Shown one piece after another: positions 1 through 14,049 of a DNA stretch of 64,000 nt. Made by a program: the position numbers and the translations under genes. The stretch's first letter is position 1, and every line of letters begins with the position of its first letter. The stretch comes from Eledone cirrhosa (Eukaryota): NCBI GenBank assembly GCA_964016885.1, contig OZ024741.1, positions 87,668,001-87,732,000 on the forward strand, read 5' to 3'. The notes below the pieces were generated by a model, which searched no databases, was not told the DNA's origin, and was given only the letters and a program-made list of their open reading frames with translations.

Positions 1-37
1 CACATCATGGTACGACAACCAGAGATATCAGAGTGTC

Positions 38-592
38 ATGTTTGTGGACGCCACCCCTGGAGGGAAATTAGCTAACCAGTGTAGAAAGGCCCTGAAAAAG
101 ACCCACTTAAAAATAAAGGTGGTAGAAAAGCCAGGAACCACCATAAAATCCCTGATCAGCAAAACCTACCCTTTTAAGAAAACCCACTGTACCAATAGGA
201 AATGTATCATATGTAAGGTGAACCCCCGGATAAACTGTAAAACTAGAAACGTAGTCTATAGCATAAGATGTACAGAGGGTACTTGCAGAAACACGACAAC
301 AACATACATAGGTGAGACAGCTCGTAGCATAGGTGAAAGGATAGACCAACACTGGGGGGAACTAAAAGGACGAAAAAACGGGTCAGTACTGTACGAACAT
401 GCTAGACAACAACATGACGGTAACATAGACAACATAGAAATTAGAATAATATCTAAACATAGGAATGACCCAGCAGATAGGCAAATCAGAGAGGCCAGTG
501 AAATAGAAATTAGAAGACCAAAGCTAAACAGAAAGAATGAGTGGAACAACAACAACACCCAAACAAACAACACTGACCTAAGAGAAGTATAA
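38..592 (+). CDS. Penelope-like element, C-terminal GIY-YIG endonuclease (element continues off the window's left edge)
   Basis: C-x4-C-x2-C...CKTRNVVYSIRC...YIGETARSIGERIDQH...HARQQH...EASEI..RPKLN, the PLE GIY-YIG pattern. Confidence 0.9.
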   Translation: MFVDATPGGKLANQCRKALKKTHLKIKVVEKPGTTIKSLISKTYPFKKTHCTNRKCIICKVNPRINCKTRNVVYSIRCTEGTCRNTTTTYIGETARSIGERIDQHWGELKGRKNGSVLYEHARQQHDGNIDNIEIRIISKHRNDPADRQIREASEIEIRRPKLNRKNEWNNNNTQTNNTDLREV

Positions 593-869
593 ATAAATAA
601 GTAAATTAAATTAAATAAAATAAGATAAATAAATACATACACAAGCACATAAACACACACTAGTCACCCAGCAGACACAACACTATACACACTAGTCACA
701 CATCACACATAACACTATACACACACGCAAACGCATGCGCAAAGAAGACAAAATAAAATAAGATAAAAATAAGATAAACAAACAAGCAAATAAATAAATA
801 AATATATAGACAGACTGAACAAAAAAAAATGGCGTAGACATACAACACAACAGGAGGAACAATGAATAT

Positions 870-925
870 AACACCACTGACGATGTTGCAGATGTGCAAC
901 GAAAGATTTATGTAAATTATGTAAA
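870..925 (+). ncRNA. Degenerate hammerhead ribozyme in the PLE 3' region
   Basis: CTGACGA (877-883), helix II GTTGCA/TGCAAC, GAAA (901-904); helices I and III pair poorly. Confidence 0.5.
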
Positions 926-1126
926 CTATATATATATGTGTTTGTCTATATTGTATCTGTATTATTTTTGACCGCCGGTCAGTCAATGGCAACATTGAGG
1001 ACCGAGTAAGTTAGATCGCAGATATATATATATAAAAGACAGCGAGAAGCGAAAACCAACCAAACAGTGAGTGTGTTCTGTTATTAATTCTGGCAATATT
1101 ACGCAAATATGACCCTCCCCAAATAT

Positions 1127-1161
<35 letters not shown>

Positions 1162-4100
1162 CTAGCAGTTTAGCCCGGCGTTGCTCGGGTTTATTCATTT
1201 GCTATGAAAAGTTACATACAGGTAAACGTGGCTTGAAAGCGAATAAGCTTATCAATTAAGTGCATAAAGCAGTTGAACCGGTTATTAAAGGTTACGAACC
1301 AATTAGCATTTTGGACAATCAATGATGGGTTAATAATCTTCCAATAGCGAATTTAGCAGACCAAAGCTGCAAGATGGTGGCCCTGGTGCCGCTGGGTGTC
1401 ACATCTGTCCGCCATGGGTGATGCTACCAGGAAATAGTTTTCCAGACGGCATAGCTCCAACACCTCCAACACCTGCACCAACATCTATAGCACCTCTTTG
1501 TAGACGTTATTGCGTGTCATCCCTTGAGGAGTGTAAGCAAAAAGTGCATTCCTGCTCCCTACGTGGGAACAGGCAACATAAAGTTGACCATGGGAGAAGC
1601 ATGGCTCCCCCAAATGGATGCCCGCCACCGACAATGTTTGCCCTTGTGACTTGTTAATGGACATGGCAAAACATGGTCTCATCGGGAATTGGGATCGCCG
1701 GAAATCGAACGGGATATCTGACGCGGAGGGAAAAAGGTTCATCCTTGGAATGAAAACATTCTCCCCTCTTCCGCACCCCATTACAATGGTGGCCTCAATC
1801 AAGTGGAGCGTCATTGACTTGACGACCATGCGAGTACCGTTGCACTGCTTTGGTGGGCGCAAGTTCCTTATTAGCATAATTAGACACCCAACCCTAAGCT
1901 TAAGAATGTGAGGTGGGAGCCCTTGAGGCTCCAGGGAATATAATAACTCAACCGGATAATTAACGATATCCTCGGGGTCTGACGTCCGGTCGATAGATTT
2001 GAAGATGTGCTCTTTACCGGGTATTTTCTCAATCAGCTGCTCGTTAATGAAATTAACCATAGAGCAAGGATGGCTCTTTCGCTGAGCCAATCGAAGTTTT
2101 TAAAGTTAGATGAGACATTAGGAAAAACTGCCTCCCAAAGGTCAGAAGGGCTGCTCACAATGTTGCACAGGGAGTCGATTGCTATGCCGCCCTTGTCATC
2201 CGCAGGGACCTTGCCCTCACCAAGTGCTAAAATGTTCTGAGCAAATGCTGCAGACATGTTTCACCATGCAAATGAGCACGCATTTGTACTCAGGTACAAA
2301 GTCTTCACCTGGGGCCACAACGTGGACGACTTAAGGCAGCCACGCACTTCATCAGCTCTTGTCCCTTTGGAGATGACAGGCAGCATTTGCCGAAAATTCC
2401 CTAATAGCAGAAGGGTTACGCCACCCATAGGAGCCGTAGAATCCCTAATGTCTTTCAGGGTCCTGTCCAATGCCTCAAGGGCACCCTTATGTGCCATTGC
2501 GCACTAATCCCAAACAATGAGGCAACATTTTTTGAGAACCAGAGCTTCGTGTGTGTCCTTGCTGATATTGCATGTTGGTGTCTCAGTTTTTACTAAATCC
2601 AAGGGGAGTTTAAAGGTTGAATGTGCTGTCCTGCCTCTCGGCAGCAAAGTAGCAGCGATCCCGGACGATGCAACGGCCAACGCAATTTTTTCTCCTGACG
2701 AATCTTAGCGGGAATCAATTTTGTTACAAAAGTTTTTCCGGTACCCCCAGGAGCATCGAGAAAGTAAATACCCCCAGTCTTATTTTGAACCGCGTCAATG
2801 ATAGTTAAATAGGCCAACCTTTGGTCTGACAGACGTTTGGGCTCATTTTCCTCTAAGTATTAGGAAAGAGATTCGATGTCATATGCTGTTTCCCGCAACA
2901 ATTCCGGGGCCAACGTGTTAGCTTCATCTGTGACGGTTGACGGCAAGCCATTCGTCGCCAACTCACTCCCACCCATGTCGAGGAGGGCGTCCTCGATATC
3001 AATGAGTGCCCTGTTGTAGATAATGCCGCTGTAAGCAACTTCCACTGAAGGATACTGCAGATGAGCCAGGCGCAGGAAATCCTCAGACATGAAGTCTCTG
3101 TACTTGACCCATAAAGATTTGGGATCACCCAATTCACACTTTTGAAGCAAAATGGCAAAGAGTTCCCGTAGACCTTTAGGTGATTTCAACAAAGCACCCT
3201 CTGCTAAAGTGGAATCCCACGCTTAAAGCAGGCTTCCCGGTACGTATCACATATTTCTCCATCAACAGTTTTGAGGTCCTGAAAACTTTGTGGGCCTACA
3301 ATTTCATGCAGAAGAAGGCGGAGATGAAAGCACTCATGCTGACGGGGGGGGGGGGAGCACAGTGTAAACCCTTCCAAGACAGCTGTCAAATTTTACACCA
3401 GGATGTCTTTCAACAGCCTGACCTGACTTTCTTCGCACCCAAGTGTTTTTCGACCATATAAAGTCGGATGGAACCTGGGGGTACACAATTGTTTGCGCAA
3501 ATTTTGGCAAAGTTTGAAGAAACCTGTCAGAGTGGTCTCTTTAGGATTGGCGGCGGTTTGGTCCGTAAAGTAAACCCTTTGGCCATTTTCCAAATACACC
3601 GCAAGCTGTACGATGGCGGGGTGCCGTTGGTGTAGAGGAGAAACCAAATAGGCGCCAAAAAGCTTCATTGCTACTGATGTACCGCCCCGCTAGGTATTCT
3701 GTGACCTCATCAGAGCCCTTATTTACATATTTGCATATGTATTTTGCATATGTATTTTATAGACTTGACGGAGTTGCAAAACTCAACGTTGATGTGGGCG
3801 TTGAATATCTTCAAGAGAAGCGGGCAGTAAGGGACCACCCATCTATTGTCGACTTGACCTCCCTTTACTGTTGTGGTGAAGCCACCGTTCTCGGACCGTC
3901 TCCGCTTGTTCAGGGGTACCCAACGCCACCAGTCTGAGTCTCGTCAACAAATTTTTGGGGGTATCCCTTACTGCACGACCCCCCCCCCCCTTTCAGAACG
4001 TGTGATGCTCATTAGGACCCGACGCACACGCACCATGTTAGCTTTGACGATGATGACATCGTCAAAGCTAACATGGTCCGTTGCTGGGTTAGGGATTTCA

Positions 4101-4689
4101 GCCGAAATGAAGCTGTCTATGGCATTTGAATTGATTTTATCAGCTAACCAAATCAAAATGTGAGCATGTGGCAGCCCTCGTTTTTTGCCATTCGACGGTG
4201 AACATGTCACATTTTACAGCCCCAAATACCTGACCTTTTTTATTAAAGCCATGAGTTTAGCCAGTTTCAGTCTGAACACTCTGGCAATGAGGTCATGTCT
4301 GTTCGAATAATTTTGCCCAGGAAAAAGTTCATTCCGATTCATATGTCTATAGCATTAATCTGTTATATGAAGTGTTATTTTGCGGGTTGTTATTTGCAAT
4401 AAGCCGATTGAAAATGCCCCAGATAAGCCGTATGCCAATACAGAACGCTCAATACGGAATATAAAGCATGTAAGAGAGAGGGTTACAGCATGTATTTAGT
4501 TTTATCGATTCTTTTTTCATAGAAGCAGGGCATTTTTGGCAAAAATAATTACGTGTTGAGCTGCCCTGGTAAATTTGGAGCACATTGGAAAAAATTCATC
4601 AAAATCGGTAGAGAAATGTGGAAATGCATAAAAATCATACACACACACAGAACAGACAGACATCTACCGTTTTATATATAGAGAGAAGA
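1162..4689 (-). mobile_element. Helitron, internally deleted and frameshifted
   Basis: On minus: 5' TC...TCTATATATAAAA start; 3' hairpin CCCGAGCAACGCCGGG then CTAG-T; inserted in (TA)n; Rep motif KRGLPHAHILIW and PIF1 motifs APGGTGKTF, CNGTR, FAMSINKSQGQT, FSHGQLYVA. Confidence 0.92.
1485..4210 (-). pseudogene. Helitron Rep/PIF1-like helicase pseudogene
   Basis: Colinear ORF fragments 3968-4210, 3393-3668, 3204-3389, 2860-3192, 2593-2817, 2261-2497, 2033-2257, 1485-2090 broken by stops and frameshifts. Confidence 0.9.
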
Positions 4690-4934
4690 TATATATATAT
4701 ATATATGTAGAAGTTATATTTAATTTGTTGGGATTCCAACAAACATAAATGTTTATAACTGATATAGAGCACTCAACAAATACTGGAGTAAATATACCAA
4801 TATATTAATAAATGGAAACTATATTTATAAAACCATAATTATTTTATCATAAAACAAATATATATATCCAGCGAATTTTCAACCGTCAAGGTTGTTTTCC
4901 ATGGTTATGTCACTATTTATGAAACACATTTTTG

Positions 4935-5009
4935 TATTTTATCTGATGAAAGCGCACCAAGATTGGCTTGGTCGCCCTTGAAAATTCGCTGGATATATAT
5001 ATTTGTTTT
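4935..5009 (+). ncRNA. Hammerhead-like core split by a local inversion
   Basis: TATTTTAT-CTGATGA (4943)-imperfect helix II (ACCAAG/CTTGGT)-GAAA (4980); the helix I partner ATAAAATA lies on the opposite strand near 4840-4848. Confidence 0.45.
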
Positions 5010-5097
5010 GCGAGGATTTTGATATGAAATCATGTGTCGAAACAAATATTGTGATACTTGGGGAGGGTCATATTTGTGTAATATTGCCAGAAATAAT

Positions 5098-5284
5098 TGT
5101 TTCTACATTTGGCACAAGGCCAGCAATTATTCAGTGCATTACTGGTACTTTATTTTATCGACCCCGTAAGGATGAAAGGCAAAGTTAACCTCGGCGGGAT
5201 TTGAACTCAGATCGTAAAGGGACGTAACTATGCTGCAAAGCATGGCGTTCGACCCTCTACCGATATTGCCAATTCACCACCCTC
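5098..5284 (-). mobile_element. tRNA/CORE-type SINE (Octopus-like) with 18-bp target-site duplication
   Basis: B-box-like GAGTTCAAATCCC, CORE-like GTTAACTTTGCCTTTCATCC...GGGTCGATAAAATAAAGTACCAGT; TSD AATATTGCCAGAAATAAT at 5080-5097 and 5285-5302. Confidence 0.9.
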
Positions 5285-5519
5285 AATATTGCCAGAAATA
5301 ATAACAGAACACACTAACTGTTTGGTTGGTTTTCGCTTCTGTATCTTTTATATCTTCACAGTTAATTCATTCGGTCCTCAATGTTTAACATTGACTGACC
5401 AACGGTCAAAAATACAGATATAATATAGATATTAAACACACATATATAGTCTAACAAAGTTCTTTGTTGCACATCTAAAAACCGATATCTGCGGCGTGCA
5501 TGAAATAATGATAATAATA

Positions 5520-8500
5520 ATGATTTCATTTATTGGCCACAAGAGCCGACATGTAGGATATAGTACAAAGACACAGACAGTGGGGATTTACAATAAGGTC
5601 AAGTAAAAGTGCATAGTGGCAAGACTAATTTAACAATGAAGATATAAAAATATAAAATAAACTATGCATAAATATAACAAAATAAATTCCTCTATTGTGG
5701 GGTGGACGACTCAGGGGTGACTCAAGTACCCCACCAATCCTGAACAGCCCTGCGCTTCTAGGGCACCCGGTGAGAGCATCCCTCTCCTCCTCAAATTAAC
5801 TAGCCTATAGGCGCATGGTCAGAGCAGGCCCATTCACACGGGCCATTCGCACCACATTCACCACCTTTTAGCAAATGTACTGGGAGACAGCACTCCTCTT
5901 TCCACCCTCACCTTCCTTTCCAGGTGAAACTTGAAGAAGTTGATGAGGGATTGGCTGAAGAGAAAAGTGTCTGTCTTCAGTCCTTTCAATCTGGTCCACC
6001 ATATAACCTCTTTCGCAACTGCCACCAGACAGAGGAAAATTGCCTGCTCTTCCTGACCTAAGGAAGGCGGCGGGTCGATCTTCACTATGGACTCGGCCGA
6101 TAGCCGGATCCGTTTCACACGCGACAGTAGCTGTTCTACATAACTCCACAAGTCAGTAATGCACGGACATTGGACAAGTGCGTGCAGAACGGTTTCGTCG
6201 CTCTGTGCGCATCTCGGGCAGGTCCGTCTGATAGCACTTCCGTACCTGTAGAGTTTATCCCGAACTGACAGTGCCCCCCAGTAGCACTTCCAAGCGAGGG
6301 ATTTCTGGAAATTGTCCATCGTCCCCGGCTCGAAAGTCCTCCGGAACAGACTGGTCAGTTCGACTTAGTCGAGGCCCAAAGTTTCTTCGAGTGCGTCATC
6401 GCACTTGCCCACCACTAATCCTCTATAGAACTCGAGAGTGGAAGTTCCACTGATCGCATTGCCCGCTTGGTAGAGGGCAGTGTGTGCCTAGCAACATTCC
6501 AGGTGCCAGTCACCCAGTCTTGGTCTCTTCTTGACCCAGGACTACAGCTCAGTCAAAGAAACGAGCTGCGGAAAGGCCCGTCTGATAAACGGCGACCAAA
6601 CCTGTTCACCGTTTAGGCAGAATATCTGGAGATGTCGCAGCCTCAGCGCATGTCTGCGCATCATTAGCCACAATATGACCTGCCCTCCGCGTAGAGGGTG
6701 TTGGCAGCAGATGGACCGCCTCACCAACGGAACTTGTCCTCTCCACAAAAATTTGAGGAGCCGTTCCAACTTGGCGAGGCACGGACGGGGGCAAGGTACG
6801 ACTTTCAGGCAGTAGTAGGTGACGGACGCGATATACGCATTCGCCACCTCCGCGCGACCTTTCAGTGATAGCTTCCTTGCAGCCCATTTTGGGGTGAGAC
6901 TGGCTACCCCGCTCGTTACCTCGTCCCAATTCTTTTCCACCTGGAGGTCTGGTCCGAACCAAACCCCGAGCAACTTTACCGGTCCGTCCATCCAGCGCCC
7001 CACAACGCTGTTGGACGGCATGGACTTGCCTCTCCAGGTGCCGAGCTGCAAGCCCACCGACTTTTCCGGGTTAAGTTTGGCTACTGTCAACCTTTCATAT
7101 TCCTTCAATAAGGTGCTGACCACCTCGATTTCCAAGGTGTCCGACACCATCACAGTGATGTCGTCCGCATAAGCCGACACAGCCTTTCCACGTCCCGGTT
7201 CGAGCGGGATGCCCTGCAACAGCTCCAGCTTCCGCAGTAAAAGCTCGAGAGTCAATACGTACAGAAGGGAAGCGAGAGGGCACCCTTGACAGACCATCGG
7301 GAGAGCCGAAACGGTTCCGAGAGGTGGCCATTAACCTTGAACACCGAGCAGGTGCCGCAGCGATCCAGCTTCTGAAGACAGGGCCGAAGCCAGCTGCCTT
7401 GAGGACAGCCTCCAGATACCGATGGTCGACCCTATCAAACGCTTTCGATTGATCTAGATTGATCACTGCCCCACCGAAGCCAGATTTACACCCTACCCTC
7501 TCTATGATGTATCGCATGAGGTGGAGGTTGTCGTGTATGGACCTGGCTGGCATTGCGCAAGTTTGCGCCTCCCCAACCAAATCGTCGACTACAAGCGCCA
7601 ATCTCTTTGCTAACACCTTAGCCAAAATCTTAAACTCTATGTTGAGCAGAGTTATGGGCCTGAAATTGTCTAATGTGTTCCTCTTGTTCTCGTCTTTCCT
7701 TATCAGCGTCACCATTCTCCTGCTCACAGAACTGGGAATACTCCCATTCTGCTGCTAGTTGCCAGTAGAGCGCTTCGAGGAGATCGGAGAACAAGTCTGG
7801 CATAGTTACGTAAAGCTCGTAGGGCAGGCCATCCAAACTGAGTGACTTACGCTTCATGCAGCCAACAAGGGCGTCCTGAATTTCGACTGAAGTAATCGGC
7901 CTTTCGCAGCACTCAGCGTCAACCGTCGAGATGCGTGACAAGCCGTCAGGGTAGGGACTGACGTCGGCTACTGTCTCTAACCCGCCACTCTCCCCGAACA
8001 ACCGAGAAAAGTGCTGGCGAAAGGCCTCACACATCCGCTTGGAATCGCTTATCTCGTGTCCGTCTCGGTCCACCAAAGACCGAATTGTGGTTTTATTACC
8101 ACGCTGCGGCTCCACCACGCTGGCCCATCGAACAGCTTTGGTTCCCTCGTTTCTCAGCGCACGCGACTTAGCTCTGGCAATGCAACCTTCGTGTTTCGCA
8201 TTGAAGAAATGGTATAATGCCATTCTCGAGCACACCCGTTGCAATGCCACTACAAATAGGCTCGTCTAACTTGTCTACTAGCTCTCCTTCCTTTCTATTT
8301 TTCTATAACGCTACTTCTTTGCTAAATCCTATCGACATTACTCTAACCTCTCTTTTGAGAGCTCTCCACCATCTGTTGTTGACGATCTCCACTGTCAACT
8401 TTTGCTTAACTAAATTGTTGACTCGGTCCTTGTAAGCCTTAAGTGCCGGAAATGATATGTTCAGCTTCCAGTGACCAGGTCCTAACCTGCGCATTTTATC

Positions 8501-9600
8501 TAGGTCGACTATACAAATCACAAATTTTTTATTTGAGTAGGCGACCGTTTTAAAAAGCGGGCAGCCTACACTATTTCTATCTATTTTCCTAATGAAGATC
8601 CTGTCTATATACGATCTAGATGACCCTATGCGGTTGGGGAAATCTAGTCGGTACCTGTCAGACAGTTGAAACTGGCTGTTTAGGTGCTTGAGGCTTTTGC
8701 ACACACCCCCACACCCCCGCTTCTGTCAGCTACTCCCACACAATTCCAGCGTGCGTCTAAGATGCTGTTCCAGTCCCCCGCTAACAGTAAAGTGCGAGAC
8801 GTAGCCAGAAAGGTTTCCAGGCGCCTAAAGAAATCCGGTCGTCCATAGACGGCCAGCAGTCTAAAGGCACCACCTTCACTATAGTTCACATCCAGGACCA
8901 CCAACTTACCGTCCGGGTCCCGGAAGATCGACCTTACTTCGAGATCCAGGCCTTTCCTAAACAGTACTGCTACCCCACCTCCCATTCCCGGCCTGCTAAC
9001 AGATTCGAAGATCTGATAGTCGTCGAAAATGGGGGATAGTGCGCGCGTGTCGGAAATCCTGGTCTCGCTGACGGCATCACATCCATTTCCAGAGACCTGA
9101 GGTCGTTGAGCTGGCGACCCTGCTTCCAGGGTGACCCCAGGCCACGAACATTTAAACTTCCTATTCTTAATATGGCTATATTTGGCAAGCTAAAAAAAGA
9201 GAGGGAAGGTTTATTTACCTCCCGGAGTCTTGTGAAGGTCGGGTGGTTCGACCTCCATGGTTGGTGGGGTTTCTTTTGGGAACCCCTTTAAAAGTCTTGA
9301 TATGGGTTTCACGTTTGGGGTTCCCACGTCTTGACGAAAGCTCTCTCGAATTTCTTTGTAGGAATCGAGCGACATTCGCACCAGAAACAAATCTTCTGGC
9401 ACGCAAAATGTGCTCAATTCAAAGATCTCCCCCTCCGTTTGAATGTGCTCGCTTCGTGCTAAGAGGGTCATCAATTTATCGTTGGCCCTTTTGACAAGCA
9501 CGAAGTTTTTAATGTTTTGTTGGTGTGGTTTTATTTGTTTTCGTTTCGGTGACTGTGGTGGTGATGGTTTTGGTGGTGTTGTTTCGGGTATAAACATGTA
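5520..9600 (-). mobile_element. L1/Tx1-clade LINE copy A, 5'-truncated and decayed
   Basis: ORF1 tail 9211-9600; ORF2 fragments with APE (SLNVRGL, LAGDWN, SYIDR), RT (NFRPITLLN, LDQSKAFD, AYADD) and zf-RVT (CPRC...HALVQC); 3' CTTGTGGCCAATAAA then (TTA)n. Confidence 0.93.
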
Positions 9601-9665
9601 TAAACGAATGACCACGGAATTTGCACCTAGAAAGTTCCCCTCCGAGACACAAGTCCGGGAAAGGC

Positions 9666-9787
<122 letters not shown>

Positions 9788-10109
9788 TTTTTCTGGTGAT
9801 TTTGGGGAGAATTCCTGCCTTGTTTGGCTTTGGTTACTGTGATAGCTCCGGTGATGTAATCCCAGGTCAGGCATAATTGTGGGTGGAATGGAATGGACTA
9901 CTATCTGTTTTAGCGTTGTTAGACCAACGGAACGGCTTGCTCCTGGAATTGATGTGCAGGTGGTTAAACATTCCACAGACACGTAATCTCTTGGAGGTTC
10001 ACACTGACAAAGTGCGTGACAAGACTAGCTTTTTTAATTACAGGTATAGTCCATCCGCTGAGCCTCCAAACAGCTTCCGTCAATACAATTTTACTCTCAA
10101 GACATGGGT

Positions 10110-10188
10110 CACCTCAAGGCATTTACCCAAAATGCCACGCAGTGGGATAGAACCTAGGACCTGATGATTGCGGAGCGCATTTCTTAGC
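10110..10188 (-). mobile_element. tRNA-derived SINE head fragment
   Basis: Minus strand GGTTCTATCCCACTGCGTGGCATTTTGGGTAAATGCCT resembles the B-box/body of the SINE at 17402. Confidence 0.55.
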
Positions 10189-10189
10189 C

Positions 10190-11910
10190 TAGGTCAGGTG
10201 GTCGGCTGAACGATCCGTCTTTCCCACTTGCACAATGTCTCTGCCTACCTGATTACCCTACTGCACACTCCGACATATAGTGGAACAGTCTAGACATGTT
10301 GAAGTCTCTTCACTCACAAGACCATTCTTATACGCCCACTGATCCAGATGATGGCCATAGTGGGGGTTGGGAAGTCGTATTCGGTCAGAGCACAAGTGCT
10401 TGTCCTTTGAACTTTTTGTTGTTGATGTACATCCCAGCACAGTGTTTCGGACCAATGGGGCTTTTGATGTTGCTGCTATTTCTGTATATTGATTTTTTAT
10501 ATCTACTTCGACTGAGAGGGAAATAGTGTTTTTAAATGCTATTGAAATAGAGATTTGGAGCGTACAGGTGATTTTTTTATTCATCAGTTCAAAAACTTTT
10601 TCCACGTCAGAGGTCCAAAGTGCTTGATTTCTTCCATGAAAATGTTATCCAGCTAGATGGTTTTACCGATCATAAAAGTTCTTATGCTAATATTATTAAG
10701 CACTTCAAAGGGGAATGGCTTAATTTGTCCGGTAATTTGTAAGTGTTTCGTTCGATGTAACTTTGTTCTTGGCTGTTTGTGGTGAATTTCCCACTGAGCA
10801 TGAAATAGTGCGCAATTTGGTTGTACACTGCTGCAGTGTTAGGGCTGATGGATCGTTGCTTATTCGGATGAGGTGCAACACCTTTTTATGGGGGGTATTT
10901 TTATTTTGTTTGTTTTTCCCCAGTAGATTTTGTCACTTCTGCTGGTGGTGTTTTGATAGGGAGGTCATGAGTCGCCCATCTACTTCGATAGTGCTTTCAG
11001 CAAAGGGTGCGGATTAATAGAGCTGTTTGTATTACCTATCAGACAGTTTGGCATTTTATATATCAAGGTCCGAGATGTATTGAAAGCGGAAATCTCTTGG
11101 AATATTCCTACGGGTTGTTTGGTACACAAGCTTATTGAATTTGTCATGATGTTTAGTATTTCGTTGACAATGGAAGTCAGGCCAATCCATTTTCCCAAAG
11201 TTAAATCTTCTTATGAATGGATCAGTTGCTGGGATAATTACTGCATCTGCTGTAGTACCGATGGTATGGTTTTAAATTATTGGTAGTGGCTTTAGAACAC
11301 GCGTCTTGCTTAATCTTGTGATCTCATAGCTGGCGAACGCGTGTTGTGACCTGCACGGCATCGACCATTTAGGATTGGCAAAGGCTGTTTGGGTTCGTGC
11401 ATCAGATTAAGCTGGCTGTTTTTATTTCATGTCTCTGTTGCCCTTCTATATATTGTTGTTGGCATATCTCTTTTGTGTGCTGTGGCTGTTCATTTTTCAA
11501 TCAGAATCTTAGATTTCCTAGATTTCAGGCACTTCTAAAAGTGTAGAAGGCGGTTTGTAGACTGAAGTGATCGTAACTCCTCAGAGATCAGCTGTTAGAA
11601 TAGCGTAGGAGGTGGACTTTAGACAAAGATGACGGTAGCACCTTGGAGCTCAGCTTTAAGGTCTTCGATGTTATTTTTGTCGCTCTTTGATACTGATTCG
11701 GCCATTGTCCCGCTTTTACTAGCATGATACTTCCATATTTCTCATGTATTTCTAAGAAAGTGGACATACTCCCTACACGAGAACGGTTTTTACATCCACT
11801 GTGTGTTTCTTGTAAGCAAAGAACATTACATTGATATTATTTGCTTAGTTTTGCAACAAGCTCTTCTTTGGTTGAACACAACCCTTCAATATTCAGGGTT
11901 ATAAATGGAC
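10190..11910 (-). mobile_element. Highly decayed APE-type LINE, Ingi/Vingi-like
   Basis: Minus-strand translation gives ITLNIEGL (~11890) and CLQETH (~11810) APE motifs, KHFGP (~10615) and a Cys-containing C-terminus. Confidence 0.5.
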
Positions 11911-14049
11911 AATGCTTATTTAAAAGAGGGCTTTGGCCTCTCTTGTTCCTGAGTGAGGAGGAACATCTGGCATCCATTGAGCATCTGGATATCATTATCA
12001 TTCTTCTATACTTCGACGTTATTAGTAGAATTCGCCGATAATTCCAGGTATTGCTTGGCAGGGATCGCCACGTGAACGCTTCTTCTTCGATCCCCTCAAT
12101 AAAGCTGTGAATATATCACTTTTGATGGTTAATTATCATGTAGCGAGTTTCCCCTTTTATTGTAATTGAGGTACTTTAGTGTTTTCTAAACCATTAACAG
12201 TACCTACTGTGAACTCTAATTTATTGTCCATATCTTTTTATAATGAGACATGCTATCGAACACCTTTTTTAAAGTTGATGCCCACTATACTTCATTGACT
12301 TTTACATTTTTCTTCGTCTTTACTAATATTTTGCCGATTGAAGCGGTTATTTTCATGTCTTTCTGCAACTGATTTGTTCATCTATGAGCAAAGGATTTCA
12401 TATTTGATGGTCATTAATCATGTTGGTTATGCCATCAGTAAGTACTTTATATGCGATAGACTGGAATGTTAGCATATAACGTTGCTTTTAACCTTTATCG
12501 CTTTTGCGTTTTAACGGAAGTACTGTGACTCTGTGAAATGATTTTTAATTGCCTCATTCGGTGTATTTGTTAACAATATGTATTAGATATTGACCTATTT
12601 CAGACAGGTGTTTTGAGGATCACTAACAATTAAAGGCCTATTAACAGAGACTAGTATTGCAATTTTCTGGAATGTTCCTCTGTCTTTACATACAGGTATT
12701 TAATCAATGTCTTTCCAGAAATTATTGTGTATCACTCTACTGATGCCAATCATAAATGGGATGGCAGACACTCATTAACTACTATAATATTTTATTTCAA
12801 CATCCTAGTTAGTATAATTCTATAATTCAACATTATAGTCATTTGTTATTTCTATCTATAATTAATACGCTATTGTCAATTTTGACATGAAAATGATGTC
12901 ATGCTAATTATGTGCTCGCGGTTAGTCAATCAGAATTCTAAGATTCCATACAATATTCCTAAGACAGGTGCAGATTGATATAAGTACCATAGAGCCTTAA
13001 CCTAAAGCAGTCTTAAGTATGTGGCGAGGTCATCTATTGCAGTTTTGACACGATATTGTCTATCTAATTATATTTTTGGAAGAGCAATGTGGTGCATTGA
13101 ATCAGAAAATGCTTCGCAGGTGACATTTGTCATTTATATAGTAGAAATTGTGACTAGTATTTTTACTGGTAATAACCTGCTGCTCTATTTCGAGTATGGT
13201 TACTTCTGTTGTTTCACTCATGTCAGATTAGTTCATCTACTCCAGAGATATTTTTAAAACTATTTATGGAGTATCCAATTTGTGAGAGTTGTGACCATGT
13301 AAAGACATATTTTATGGTAGCTCATCATGAGTGGTTTATATTTTAAAGCTGCTTTAGGTTTAGAACTTAGTGGTAAACTTCTCTAATGTTAGGATATTTT
13401 TCTCCAGATTAACCCATTTGGTACTAACATTGACTTTATTACACAAAGCTTTAAAGCGTTTATATTTAGATTAAAACCTTACATAATTTTAAGTAAAAAG
13501 CTTTTGTTAAGTTATGCTCTTAACATTAAATTAATAATGAACATGATAAGCTATATTACAAAATTCATTCAAATTCTTCATTATTTTCAAAATATAATGA
13601 AACACATAGGCAGTGTAATTTATCTAAATATTGGTAAAAAAAAAAAAAAAGCCATTTGTCATAGTTGGCACTGCAAATGAGGTGATGACAGAGCTATAAA
13701 TTATTGAGATGAATTTTGAAATATGTTTTGCTGTCAAAATATTCATATTTTATTCACAAAGTTTCCATATTCACGGTGATACCCTCATTGATGTTTTTAA
13801 AAAGTAAAAGTTACAATTCATTTGTTTTCCAGTGTAAATGGATATCTTAATGATCTTAATGTCTTTGTCAAACCTGCTTAAGCGGTCTCAAGCTTACAAT
13901 TTGAAATCATCCATTAAAGAAGAGATCACTGATGAATGTTGTCCCCACTCTCTCTATGTAGTATCCCAAGCTGGCATTTTTAATAGACTGCTTAAAGATA
14001 AAATGCACAGGATGAAGTGAAAACCATAAGTGTTGTCACTATGTAATAT

